A stretch of 64,000 bases of DNA from Malacoraja senta (Eukaryota). The stretch spans positions 15,874,001 to 15,938,000 of the forward strand of contig CM075990.1 in assembly GCA_038087875.1 (NCBI GenBank), in the 5' to 3' direction. The position numbers and the translations under genes are program-made. Below are positions 13,391 to 26,452 of this stretch, piece after piece; position 1 is the first letter of the stretch, and the number at the start of each line of letters is the position of its first letter. Under the pieces are notes generated by a model. That model saw only the letters and a program-made list of their open reading frames with translations. It was not told where the DNA came from and did no database searches.

Positions 13391-13694
13391 AACATTGGAT
13401 ATTGTCACATAGTCATCTGCTGGAGCTCACTGTATACAAATTGCCTTCTATATTTTGTGCTTTCCTGATCTGAAATGTCGCCTGTTCATTCCCATCACAG
13501 AATTCAAACAGACTTGGACTGGTACAAGGATAGGACAGGCTTTGAGGGATATGCCCATTATATTGAAATTTGGAAGCAGCATATCAAAATGAATAGGAAA
13601 GAACTGCAGATGCTGGTTTAAACTGAAGATAGACACAAAATGCTGGTGTAACTCTGCGGGACAGGCAGAATCTCTGGAGAGAAGGAATGGGTGA

Positions 13695-14352
13695 TAGAAA
13701 CATAGAAACATAGAAATTAGGTGCAGGAGTAGGCCATTCGGCCCTTCGAGCCTGCACCGCCATTCAATATGATCATGGCTGATCATCCAACTCAGTATCC
13801 CGTACCTGCCTCCTCTCCATACCCTCTGATCCCTTTAGCCACAAGGGCCACATCTAACTCCCTCTTAAATATAGCCAATGAACTGGCCTCGACTACCCTC
13901 TGTGGCAGAGAGTTCCAGAGATTCACCACTCCCTGTGTGAAAAAAGTTCTTCTCATCTCGGTTTTAAAGGATTTCCCCCTTATCCTTAAGCTGTGACCCC
14001 TTGTCCTGGACTTCCCCAACATCGGGAGCAATCTTCCTGCATCTAGCCTGTCCAACCCCTTAAGAATTTTGTACGTTTCTATAAGATCCCCTCTCAATCT
14101 CCTAAATTCTAGAGAGTATAAACCAAGTCTATCCAGTCTTTCTTCATAAGACAGTCCTGACATCCCAGGAATCAGTCTGGTGAACCTTCTCTGCACTCCC
14201 TCTATGGCTATAATGTCCTTCCTCAGATTTGGAGACCAAAACTGTATGCAATACTCCAGGTGTGGTCTCACCAAGACCCTGTACAACTGCAGTAGAACCT
14301 CCCTGCTCCTATACTCAAATCCTTTTGCTATGAAAGCTAACATACCATTCGC
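13695..14352 (-). mobile_element. CR1 LINE 3' fragment, young, (CTATGTTT)n tail
   Basis: Uninterrupted ORF2 peptide LYRVLVRPHLEYCIQFWSP…LEFRRLRGDLIETYKI…WNSLP. Confidence 0.92.
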
Positions 14353-14647
14353 TTTCGGGTCAAGAGCTTGTCCCTTTAATAAAGCCCTCCTCATTATTAA
14401 AGTTTCAAGATCAAATGTATTGTCACATCCACAAGTACATTGAGGTACAGGTGCAATGAAAATCTGCTTGCAGCAGCTTCTCAAACACATGGAGTCAGAT
14501 AATTATACATAAAAAACGCATACAATTCTTGAAGAAAGAGGACTGTGCAAAAGACAATTCATTGCTGCATAAACATAATTAGAAAAAACAAGTCCATAGT
14601 AGTGCAAGAGGTGGAGGACGGTGGTCTGTGGTCGAGACAGTATTAGG

Positions 14648-15051
14648 CAAAGATCCTATAGCGAGCAAGATAGATCACTCGATGAAAAAGACGTAGTACG
14701 GTCACGGACAGATTCACGGGTCATTTTCGGCCCCACTTCCGTAACCGGCTTCCGTCTCCGCACCAAAGATCCCATAGCGGAGCAAAGATACTAGTGCGGA
14801 GACGGAAGCCGGTTACGGAAACATCCTCGTAAAAATAAAAGTTCTTTGGTAAAAATGTTCTCCTCATTTTCAGAATTATAATTTATTAACACAAACTGTT
14901 CCCCCGCAACGTTGATTCCACTGCGAGTCGGGTCGGGTCGGGCTACTGAAATGGATGAAAAAAAGGCCCACGTTCCGCTCCGTTGCGTACTACATGTCAG
15001 CCCATTGCATTTAGCAGGAGTGGTCTATCTTGCTCCGCTATAGGATCTTTG
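14648..15051. mobile_element. Non-autonomous hAT-like DNA transposon
   Basis: TIRs CAAAGATCCTATAGCG(G)AGCAAGATAGA. 8-bp TSD GTATTAGG at 14640-14647 and 15052-15059. Confidence 0.9.
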
Positions 15052-15335
15052 GTATTAGGGTGGTTCAAGAACCTGTTTGTTGTGGGTAAATTGCTGTTCC
15101 TGAACCTGCTGGTGTGGGTGTTCAGGCTTCTGTACCTTAAAAGTGCTTTGTAAACCTTATGGGCATGTAGATAATGATTAAAGGTAATCATGCATACATT
15201 TCCTCATTGCAATTCACATAAAATGAAGCGTGACGTACGATGGGTTCAAGTTTCCTAAATACTTCAAACACTTCGACTTCTTCAGCGAGTAACATGAATA
15301 TAGGAAAATATGCCATCAAAGCACCATAGCTGCAT

Positions 15336-15610
15336 CACAGCTCCAGAGACCCGGGTTCGATCCTGACTACGGGTGCTGTCTGTACGGAGTTTGTACATTC
15401 TCCCTGTGACCGCGTGGGTTTTCTCCGGGTGCCCTGGTTTTCTCCCACACTCCAAAGACGTACAGGTTTGTAGGTTAATTGGCTGTGGCAAAATTGAAAA
15501 TTGTCCCTAATGTGTAGGATTAGGTTAGTCTATGGTGTGATCGTTGGTCGGCATGGAGTCAGTGGGCCGAAGGGCCTGTTTCCACGCTGTATCGCTGGAG
15601 TCTAAAGTCT
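15336..15610 (+). mobile_element. V-SINE, 5'-clipped
   Basis: B box, V-domain and tail. Confidence 0.8.
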
Positions 15611-17106
15611 GAAGGTGGAACAACTAGATTTTACAAGAAGACAGAACCTACAGACAGATATCCCTGGACATATATGTGCAAGTTTTATGTCAAGTTTCAA
15701 TGCGATGCATGGTCCAATTTAGAGTTTTATCCTCTCTTGGACATTATATCCTTTGACAGAACAAAATCTTCAGAGAGATATGGCCCCAACATTTTGAGCA
15801 TAAGTGAAGCAAACCCTCACAATGCTATGGTCAGAAATAACTTTAAATGCAATTTACACAAGTATCGGGGACACTTTCAACATTTCATTCTGCCTACATT
15901 ACATGGTTACATACGCATTCTGTTGAATGGCAATAGCCTGGAGACCTCATCACGATGAGTGGATTACAAACATAAAGGACATGTTCATATAAGCAGAACA
16001 AAGGAACTGCAGGTGCTGGTTTACACAAAAAAGGACACAAAGTGCTGGAGTAACTCAACAGGACGGGCAGCATTCCTGGAGAACATGGATAGGGTCTATG
16101 ACTGGAGAAAGGTCCCAACCAGAAATGTCACCTATCCATATTCTCCAGGTATGTCGGCTGACCTGCTGAGTTACTACAGTATTTGGTGTCTGTTTCTATT
16201 TGTACCTTCAACATAATAAAACTGAGAGAACACTCAGTAACCGCAGGATATTGCAGTGGAGCTTGAGGTAAGATTTATGGAGCGAAGGAATAGGTCAAGA
16301 CCCTTCTTCAGACTGATGTAGGGGGGGGGGGTGGGGGCGGGAAGAAGAAGGATGAGACAAAGCCTGCTACCACATTGTATCTCTAAACTAAACTAATATA
16401 CACGACTGCAAAACCACCAATGCAGTTTACTCTTGACTGTCGGGGCAACTAGGAATGGGCAACAAATTGTAGTATTGCCGTTGACATCCCCAAATAGATG
16501 TAACAAATCTGAGCAGTCTACTTAAACAACTGGAGCGCAATTTCCACAAATGAAACCTTTATGCACATAGGTCGTGCTTCAATGCATTTATTGTATCTGA
16601 TGTCCTTGCGAGATTATGCTAATGAGAATTCCAAGGACTTGTAGATTCTCTTGGATCTAACACCCTGGAGACTCTGAGGACTCTCAGGTTAATTGCTTTC
16701 CCTAAGCACATATTGATCATGGTTAAATAAATCCTTGCCCACGGCCTCCTCCCGATAGCAAGAAATTCGATCTTCACAGAAACAGAAGAGCTCATATTTT
16801 CATGAAAAAGAATTGTAGAATTGTTACAGCGTGAAAGGAGCCTATTTGGCCCATTGAGTCTATGCCAGCCCGTTGCAAGACTAATCCAGTTCCTCTTTTG
16901 CTCCCTTGAGCACCTGTCTAAACGAGGGCAATGAGAGACTGTGAATTTCATGATGACAGGGTGAAACTGTCCAGTTCGGCTACTTCCATGGTCTGGCATG
17001 TTTTGAATCTATACTACAGATTGATACTAATTAACTAATTCTAATTAAGGTCCAGCTAAGATCTAAAATGAACTAAGAATTGTACCGACCTGTAGCCAAT
17101 TAACCT

Positions 17107-17368
17107 TTAGAGATACAGTGCAGAAATTGGCCCTTTGGCCCACCAAGTCCACGCCGACCAGCGATCACCCCATACAGTAGCACTATCCTACACACTAGGG
17201 ACAATTTACAATCTTACAGAGTGTGGGAGGAAACTGGAGCACCAGTTAAAAACACCATGCGGTCACAGGGAGAACGTACAAACTCCGTACAGACAGCACC
17301 CGTAGTCAGGATCGAACCAGGGTCTCTGGCACTGTAGGCCGCAACTCTACCACTGCACCACCATGCCG
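17107..17368 (-). mobile_element. V-SINE
   Basis: Matches the other copies, with an internal deletion. Confidence 0.8.
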
Positions 17369-20300
17369 CAGTACACCTAACATTTTTCCTATTGTGGATC
17401 CATTTGCTAGGTCACATATCTTTACATCAGCTGTTCCGAAAGAGCATTATCCATCTCCAGGAAAATCCCACTTGCCATTTTTGTGTGCATCTGTTTTAAG
17501 CATCCAGAACACTTGTTACTCTATAAATCTCCGGTTTACTACCCCCTGGGGCATGCAGCTTGGTCTCATCCAATGTCCCATTAAGGCAGCATTCTCCTCC
17601 ACATTGTTCAGCAATATGTAAACACCAGGAGGCACATAAGGTACAACCACTGAACTCCGTTTATCACTGACCTCCTGATAAAGCTTCATTTATCATCTCC
17701 TGTTCCCTACCGATAAGCCAGTTCTTTTATGAAACCAGCTAATTATCTAACAGCATTAGCATGCTGCAAATATTGAAATATAAAAAGCAACTATTCCGAT
17801 CTACAGCTTGGAATACGTTCTCCATGTTCTAAAAGGCCCATGTTCATAAATTCCAGCAGTGTGACAGTAGGTAGAAATATATATATTTTTAAATTTAAGC
17901 TACAGCACACATAGACTTTCCTATTTTTAGCCTTCCAATAAAATTAACAGTGGATGACGAATGACTCGCTGAGGTTTATCTGAATGATTCATCTGAAAGG
18001 CCACGCCTTTAGTCAATATGGCATAGTCTACAACCCTTATACAAGGGTGGTGAATCTGTGGAATTCATTGCCACAGATGGCTGTGGAGGCCGTCAATGGA
18101 TATTTTTAAGGACAGGCAGCATCTCTGGAGAGAAGGAATGGGTGTCATTTCAGGTCGAGACGTCGCCCATTCCTTCTCTCCAGAGATGCTGCCTGTCCCG
18201 CTGAGCAACTCCAGCATTGTGTGTCCATCTTCGGTTTAAACCAGCATCTGCAGTCCCTTATGGGAAGAAGGAAGGAGAATAAGGTTAGGAGGGAGAGATA
18301 GATCAGCCATGATTGAATGGCGGAGTAGACTTGATGGGCCGAATGGCCTAATTCTGCTCCTATCATTTCTGACCTTATGAACAAACCTCATCTCATCATC
18401 AGTCGGCATTATTTTGGCATCATGTTGGAAGCAACACCATTTACCTTTGGAGGAGGTCAAGGAGTTGAGGAGATTCAACAGCTGTGAAATATGGACAATC
18501 AGAAGGGAAGCTACTCTTTAGAAGATTTTCTTGCGATGTTTACTCACCTATTTGATGATATTAGTTATGATGCTCAATTTCATTGGCTTGGGCTGCTGTA
18601 AACTATCATCTTCCAACCTCACACAGCTAAGCCTGACTGGGTGGATAGCCAGACGTTCAGCCCCAACTAAACGGTTTCCTCTGCAGGGAAAAATTGTCCC
18701 TGTTCTTCATTCCCTGTTCCATCACACGAAGGTTTGTTAACCTCAGTAACATGTAAGGGATGATTCCACGGATGTGGCTTGAAATTGTTATCATCCCGAC
18801 TGATTAAATGTTGCATCAATGGCATTTAAACCAGTGGCGTGAAAATATCCCTCTGCACATCCACACAGCTGGGCACCATTTGTGAATGCAGTCCGTCACT
18901 GCCTCAGGTAACCTTGCTCAACCCTCCCTGCAGTGCTGAAGATCGCAAAGCTGTGACAGCCTCATTATAGACAGCAAATGGAAAAATAAATAAAGATACA
19001 TGTTTAAACACATGAAAGGCTTCCAGCACACTTGAAGATCATGAAAGCACTGAGCTTTGAAGTTGATTTCGTGATGGAGTGAGAGGGGGCGGAAGAGATG
19101 GGTGGGGGGGGGGGGGGGGGGGTGTTTACAAATCACCAGGACTAGACCCTAGTCCTAGATAACTGGAACCATTCATGCATGGAGAAGTAATTGAAAAATC
19201 AAATATTAAAAACACACCCAGCCTCAACATCAAATACAGCATGAATGCAACAAGAACAGTGAAAAAAGATAGACAATAGGTGCAGGAGTAGGCCTTTCGG
19301 CCCTTCGAGCCAGCACTGCCATTCAATGTGATCATGGCTGATCATCCCCAATCAGTACCCCGTTCCTGCCTTCTCCCCATATCCCCTGACTCCGCTATCT
19401 TTATGAGCCCTATCTAGCTCTCTCTTGCAATGGCTGCATTTTTTTTTAAACACCTTCAGAAAAATCACCATGAGATGGGATTAGTTGGGGTCAAGGAATA
19501 CTTAATCTGCATCAGAAACATTAATTGTGCACCTTGAAAGTGGGCGAAATTGAAGTATCTTTTCAACATAATTAAGTGATCTAATTCATTTTAAATAAAT
19601 GGAAAATTTGTATTATCTGACTTCTTCAGATTATGGAACTTGAAATTAATTTAACTCAGTGAGCGTTTTTGCAAAGCTTGTCCCCGTCTCCGAGACATTC
19701 TCTAGTCTCTAGTTACAGTTTCAGGTCCCTGACTAATGGCCATCTGTTAGGATCCAGTTAGAATTCGATCGACACCTGTTTCTCTCAGTCAACCAGTGCA
19801 GTCAGAAACATCCCAATCACTCAGAACCCAATAACATCGATGGGAACACCATCCATTTCACATCCCACCATGATCTGGGTACCCTGTCCCTGAAGTCACA
19901 CCAACCTGCCATGTCACAATGCAATGAAGATACACATGCCTAGAGTTGTGACAAAGCGCTGGAGTAACTCTGCAAGTCAAGGCGGCATCTCTGGAGAACG
20001 AGGATAGGAGTCGCAAAGTGCTGGAGTAACCCAGCGGACCAGGGGGGTCTCTCACTCTGGTCAGACAGCATCTCTGGAGAAAAAGAATAGGTGACGTTTC
20101 GGGTCAGGACCTTTCTTCAGACTGAGCCCACAGAGTCACCGTCAACCATCGGTCCCCCTGTCCACATTTGTGACAATGTACAGAAGCCAATCAACCTACA
20201 AACCTACGTGTCTTTGGAATGTGTGGGGGGAAACCTGAGGAAACCCACGTGGTCACAGGGAGAACGTACAGGCAGACAGCACCCGTGGTCAGGATCGAAC

Positions 20301-20462
20301 CTGTGTCTCTGGCGGTATGAGGCAGCAACTGCACCACTTTGCCGTCCCAAACTTAGATCTAATTTCTTTTGAAAAATTCAAGTATTTAAAAATACTAGGA
20401 AAACAAGACAATGCTGAGTCATGGAGGTATTTTACAAATAAGATACCACAAAGACATCCAGA

Positions 20463-20740
20463 GTTTAGTTTAGAGATACAGCGTGGAAACAGGCCCTTTG
20501 ACCCACCAAGTCTGCGCTGATCCCCACAAACCAGCACTATCCTACACGCACTAGGGACAGTTGACAATTTCACCAAAGCCAATTAACCTACAAACTTGGA
20601 TGTCTTTCGAGTATGGGAGAAAAAACTATGCAGGTCACGGGGAGAACGTACGAACTCCATACAGACATCACCCGCGGTCAAGGTCGAACCCGGGTCTCTG
20701 GCACTGTAGGACAGCAGCTCCACCACAGCGCCACACTGCC
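20463..20740 (-). mobile_element. V-SINE
   Basis: Matches the other copies. Confidence 0.75.
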
Positions 20741-21424
20741 ATCCCATCGGAGATCCCAATCAAATGAATAGGCATGTAGTTCCTACACCGGGCTTCCATG
20801 GTATAAATCTGAGGCCAGATGTGAATGGCACCTTGACCTTTCTCCAGCGCTTCACTGCCAATGGGCCAATGGTGAATCTAACAGTGGAGTGGATGATCAG
20901 TCACATAGGCATATACATCACTGTGATTTGAAATATTTTCAGCAGGATTTTTTCATTCTCAAAATGAGGTGCAACCTGTTCAGGAACCAAATGATGTTTT
21001 CGCCCAGTCAACATGTGATGAACTTTTTTTTTTTTTAAATCAGCGGCTGGCTCGTTAAACTCACAAAAACCCATTTAAACAAGCTGTTTGCACAGATGTT
21101 CTGTCCGTGTCTCCATTCTGTATCAAGCGCAAATTCATTAGTCACTCTGAGTGGCATGTTTTACTGAGGAACAGCTGCAAATTTGGAAAGGAACCAAATC
21201 ATTGCAACGTTGAGGAGAAATTCCTGTCAATGATATTGTGCCGATTATGCCAGGGAATGAAAGATCAGGCCTCGGGTAAAGTGAAATCTCAAAATCCCTC
21301 TCTTGCTCTTCAACCTCTGTAGATAGACCCAAAATGCTGGAGTAACTCGGCAGGACAGACTGTATCTCTGGAGAGAAACAATGGGTCTGGTACCTGTGCT
21401 AGAGAAAATACTTCATTGCGTGAT

Positions 21425-21852
21425 ACATGATGAGCGCTTGATGCCACTGGGCCTCTACTCGCGGGAGTTTAGAAGAATGAGGGGGTACCTCATTGAAACG
21501 TGCAGAATAGTGAAAGGCTTGGATGGTGTGGATGTGGGGAAGATGGTTCCACTAGTGGGAGAGTCTAGGATTAGAGGTCATAGCCCCAGAATTAAAGGAC
21601 GTTCCTTTAGGAAGGAGATGGGAAGGAATTTCTTTAGTTAGGGGGCGATGAATCTGTGGAATTCTTTGCCACAGAAGAGTGTGGAGGCCAATTCAATGGA
21701 TATTTTTAAAACAGAGAGAGATAGATTCTTGATTTGTACAGTGTCAGGGGTTATGTGGAAAAGGCAAGAAAATGGGGTTAGGAGGGAGAGATAGATCAGC
21801 CATGATTGAATGGCATAATAGGATGGGCCAAATGGCCTAATTCTGCTCCCAT
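21425..21852 (+). mobile_element. CR1 LINE 3' fragment
   Basis: LGLYSREFRRMRGYLIET…ESRIRGHS. Its tail GATGGGCCAAATGGCCTAATTCTGCTCC recurs at ~18350, 29490, 32800, 44220, 45650, 46280, 58250 and 62480. Confidence 0.85.
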
Positions 21853-24464
21853 CACTAATGACCACATGATTACTCACTCTCTTCCTTCCCGCTCTACAAC
21901 TTCTGGAGGTAGACACAAAATGCTAGAGTAACTCAGCGGGACAGGCTGTATCTCTGGAGAGAAGGAATGGGTCTGTTACCTGTGCTAGAGAAATTACTTC
22001 AATGTGTGATATTTTGTGTGCTTGTATATCTTGATATCTCTGCACAGCGCCAGAGGTCCTGGTTTGATACTGACTATGGGTGCTGTCTGTACATTCTCCA
22101 CGTGGATCTCCAAACAAAACTCCATCTCATGGGCTTTTAAAACAGTCTGAATAAGAGCCAAGAGACAGAATTTATTTTCCTACAAATGCAGCCTGACCTG
22201 CTGAGTATTTCAAACATTTTCTGGTTTTATTTTAGATTTCCAGCATCTGCAGTTTTATTTTTGATTCATTAACACTATGTTTGATTTTCATTTATTGATT
22301 GATCGGACATTCTTAGTAGCAATTCCTGCCTCTGAGGAAAGTGTGTACTCACACCATTAAATGTAAAATTAAGAGTTCATAGATAATCATATTAATTCAA
22401 TTTAGGAGGAAGCCTAGCAGGCTAGTTTTGCAGGTTTAGGTAACGATTTATCTATCTATCTACCTCATTGGACTATCCTTGATCGGACTTTGCTGGCTTT
22501 ACATTGCATTAAACCCTATTCCCTTATCATGTATCTATACACTGTAACAGGCTCAATTGTAATCATGTATTGTCTTTCTGCTGACTGGATAGCATGCAAC
22601 AAAAGATTTTCATTGTACCTCGGTGCACGTGACAATAAACTAGACAGGCCTCCCAATTTCAGGTGTATACCCTTAGCTGGAACAATCTGCAAAAATGTCA
22701 CGGCCACTTTAGATTCCAATCAGCAAAGGTGGAGAGGGTATTAGCTTGAGTGAATTTATTCAGCTGAATGAATACATACACAACGTGGTAAAAGTGAATT
22801 TGATCAGAGCTCTTCATGTAGTGAAAGGTACTAATGAAATCATGGAGTCAGTGTGACACTTCATTTGGAACCATAAGTCCTGGATCTCAGCTCCATCTCC
22901 CATTCCCAAGAGCTTTTTCACAAAGCATTTCAATTCACACCTCCTCCCCACAGAGAAAAAATTATCTTCTGGAAAGATAATACAACTTCTAACGTTGCAA
23001 TGACGCAATGTGACAGGTGCACCTGTAAAGCACCTTGGGGCATCATGAGACATGTTTCATCCCAATTTTCATTCACAATGTTTTCCACATATAACATATC
23101 ACAGAGTCCTGACTTGTGCTGTTGACTCAATAGACATTAGACAATAGACAATAGACAATAGACAATAGGTGTAGGAGTAGGCCAGTCGGCCCTTCGAGCC
23201 AGCACCGCCATTCAATGTGACTCTTTTTTTAATGTTTTTTAATGTTATTCGAACTATATATCTGAATCTTCAGCAACAGATCTTTCTCTTCCTTTGATTG
23301 TTACTTTCCTTGGCAGCTCCACCTCTAGGTAAAGGTTGGAGTTATTCACGGAATTCAGCCTGTAACCTCCCTGTTGATAATTTGGGTGGAGCCCAGCGTC
23401 ATTCCAAGAGGAAATACAACCGTCCATTCTGCCGCTCCCCGTTAAAAACTACCCACTCCTGGATTTGCAGGAATTTCCAGGGATTTCTTGCAAGTTATGT
23501 CAGGTACAAATGTCAATTGTTCCGTTGTCAACACATATGACAATGAAACACGAAGATAGACACAAATGCTAGAGTATCTCATCAGGTCAGGCAGCATCCA
23601 AAGAGAAAAAGAATAGGTGACATTTCAGGTCATAACTCTTCTTCAGGCCGGAACACCGCCTATTCCTTTTCTCCAGAGATGCTGCCTGACCCGCTGAGTT
23701 ACTCCAACATTTTTGGTCTATCTTCGGTATAAGCCAGCATCCACAGTTCCTTCTCCCACTGACAATTAAACACTTTTGAGGTTGCTGTGAGAGAGACTGG
23801 CACAGAACTGCCAGATACTTAATGACCTCAGCCTAATCCAATATAAACAAAACTAGTTACAGATACTCAATGGACCCACCCCTATCCAACGAGTTTTATT
23901 TAATAACTGTAAACATATAATCGTTTTGAGTAATGGAGCCAAACAGAATGGATACAAGCCCTTCAACCCAACTCACCTCAGGCAATCATGATTAAATGGA
24001 TTCAACAGGCTTTCATATAGGCACATGGATATGCAGGGAATAGGAGGATATGGACCACATGCCGGCATAGGAGTTGTTTAACTTAGCATCATATTTGGCA
24101 TTGACATTGTGAGCCAATGAGCCTGTTCCTGTGCTATTAAGCTGACTCTCCGATAGGCAATCCTTCAACAGATACATGGCATTCCACTTTAGGGAGAGTT
24201 ACATTTCTGGATTTATCATTCTTAAGGGCTACATAATCCTTCGCCACCACCACGGAAGACAGTGAAAGGCAGCTCAGTCATTCCAAAGCATTCTAACACT
24301 AAAACACAGAGAGACAGGAAGGCCCAGAGCCACTTTTGTCACACAGATCACACAACAATGTATTGAAACATACACAGTGCTGCTGTTCTAATTTGTTTAA
24401 TTTCTAGCCTTTGATTGTTTCGTCTAGTTTAGAGATACAGCACGGTATCAGGCCCTTCAGCCCA

Positions 24465-25235
24465 CGAAGATGGACACAAAAAGCTGGATTAACTCAGCGG
24501 GACAGGCAGCATCTGTGGAGAGAAGGAATGGGTGACATTTCGGGTTGAGACCTTTTTCGGACTAGTTAGGGATAAGGGAAAGGAGAGATATAGACGGTGA
24601 TGTGGAGAGATAAAGAACAATGAATGAAAGATATGCAAAAAAGTAACGATGATAAAGGAAACAGGCCATTGTTAGCTGTTTGTCCGGTGAAAATTAGAAG
24701 CTGATGCGACTTGGTTGGTGGAGGAGGGACAGAGAGAGAGGGAATGCCGGGGCTAGCTGAAGCGAGAGAAATCAATAATCATACCACCGGTCTGTAAGCT
24801 GCCCAAGTGAAATATGAGATGCTGTTCCTCCAATTTGCATTTAGCCTCACTCTGATAATGGAGGAGACCCAAGACAGAAAGGTCAGTGTGGGAATGGGAA
24901 GGAGAATGAAAATGTCCAGCAACCGGGAGATCAGGTTGGTTCAGGTGGGCTGAGCGAAGGTTTTTCCGCGATACGATCGCCCAGTCTGCGTTTGGTCTCG
25001 CCGATGTATAAGAGTTCACATCTTGAACAACGATACAGTAGATGAGGTTGGAGGAGGTGCAAGTAAACCTCTCCCTAACCTGAAAAGACTGTCGGGGCCC
25101 CTGGACAGAGTCGAGGGAGGAGGTATAGCGACAGGTGTTGCACCTTCTGCGGTTGGAGGGGAAGGAACGTGGGTAGAGGGTGGTTTGGGTGGGTAGGGAT
25201 GAATTAACCAAGGAGTTGTGGAGGGAACGGTCTCT
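24465..25235 (-). mobile_element. Penelope-like element, longest GIY-YIG remnant (frameshifted)
   Basis: RCNTCRY…FTCTSSNLIYCI, then (frame change) YIGETKRRLGDR, then PVAGHF…EEQHLIFHLGSLQTGGM, then 3' UTR and terminal repeat. Confidence 0.85.
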
Positions 25236-25500
25236 GCCGACACCCTTCGGCACACGAGGTCGCGCCGACCAACGATCACCCCGTACACTAGCACTACCCT
25301 ACACACAAGGGACAGTTTACAATTGTTACCGAAACCATCAACCGTCAAACCAGCATGTCTTTGGAGTGTGGGAGGAAACCTGAGCCCCTGTGGAAAACCC
25401 ACGCGGGCACAGGGAGAAGGTACAAATTCCGTACAGACAGCACCCGTGGTCAGGATCAAACCCAGATATCTGGCACAACTCTACCGCTGCACCACCCGCC
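25236..25500 (-). mobile_element. V-SINE abutting the Penelope remnant
   Basis: V-domain and degenerate head. Confidence 0.75.
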
Positions 25501-26009
25501 CCTGTGTGGTGATCCCAAGTGGGACGTCATCTTCTTCACCATACGGTAACCTGTCTCAGACCGTGCAAAGTATGGAGCTGGGTTTCTGACTCATCCATTT
25601 GGTTCAACCCAAAAAGCCACCCATTACGAGAATGGGACTGAAATTAATCATAGCACTCAACGTAATTAGTTTCTATTTATAAAACTTTACTGTGCAGCTG
25701 TGGTAGGTGGAAAATCTTGACTGGTTACTCTTCAAATGTTTGAGATTTTTCACTTATATGGTTAAATAATTAAGGTATGTTGAGAATCAAAGTCATTAGT
25801 TAAACTGATCCAACTGGAATGACACCTCATTATATCCCCTCTACGGTTTACTTGCGGCTTTCTAAACTTCTGACTGATTTCATTCTCCTCCATAAACAGT
25901 AGTGCATCGTCCTGGCTCCAATCATACATGTTCCACTGTGGCAAATCCATTATACCCTGGGTACCCAGCCCGTGGCAGATGAGGGACCCAACTATGTATT
26001 GGCTCAGGT

Positions 26010-26452
26010 CAAGAAAACCTATTGTATTGGGAAGGGTGATTATAGGGAGATGGGTTGTTTATATAATAATAATAATAGATTTTATTTATATAGCGCCTTT
26101 CAGGACAAAGTATCAAGAGATACTGTATAGTATATGAGGGTTTTTTCTTTTTTCTTTTTTTCTCTCTTTTTTTGTATAAATGTAAATAATTTGGTGTACA
26201 TATGGTGTACATATAGCTGCTAAATTTGTATAAGTTAATTATAAGCAGTTGAATAAGGGGTGGGAATTAATAAGCTTTGGCTTCTTCCTGCTCCTTTTCG
26301 GACACATACGATTTCATTTATTTATAAATATTGTTTATAACACTTTATAAATATTGTTTTGTTTTTTGTATGCTGTTTCACACTTGCTTTTTATTCTTTT
26401 ATTCTGTTCGAAATAAAGAATTAAAAAAATAAAAAAATAAAAAAAAATAAAG
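26010..26452 (+). mobile_element. Poly(A)-tailed retroposon 3' end, family unassigned
   Basis: AT-rich UTR ending AATAAAGAATT(AAAAAAAT)n. No clean TSD seen. Confidence 0.5.

Noticed and set aside
13792..14490. 232-aa ORF (and the 260-aa ORF at 34638-35420) as host genes
   Set aside because: 5'-truncated CR1 ORF2 fragments with no endonuclease or promoter.
25762..25950. Possible alternative first exon (MDLPQWNMY…KPQ|GTAAAC)
   Set aside because: Weak donor and no Slo similarity; it may be a decayed CR1 endonuclease fragment.
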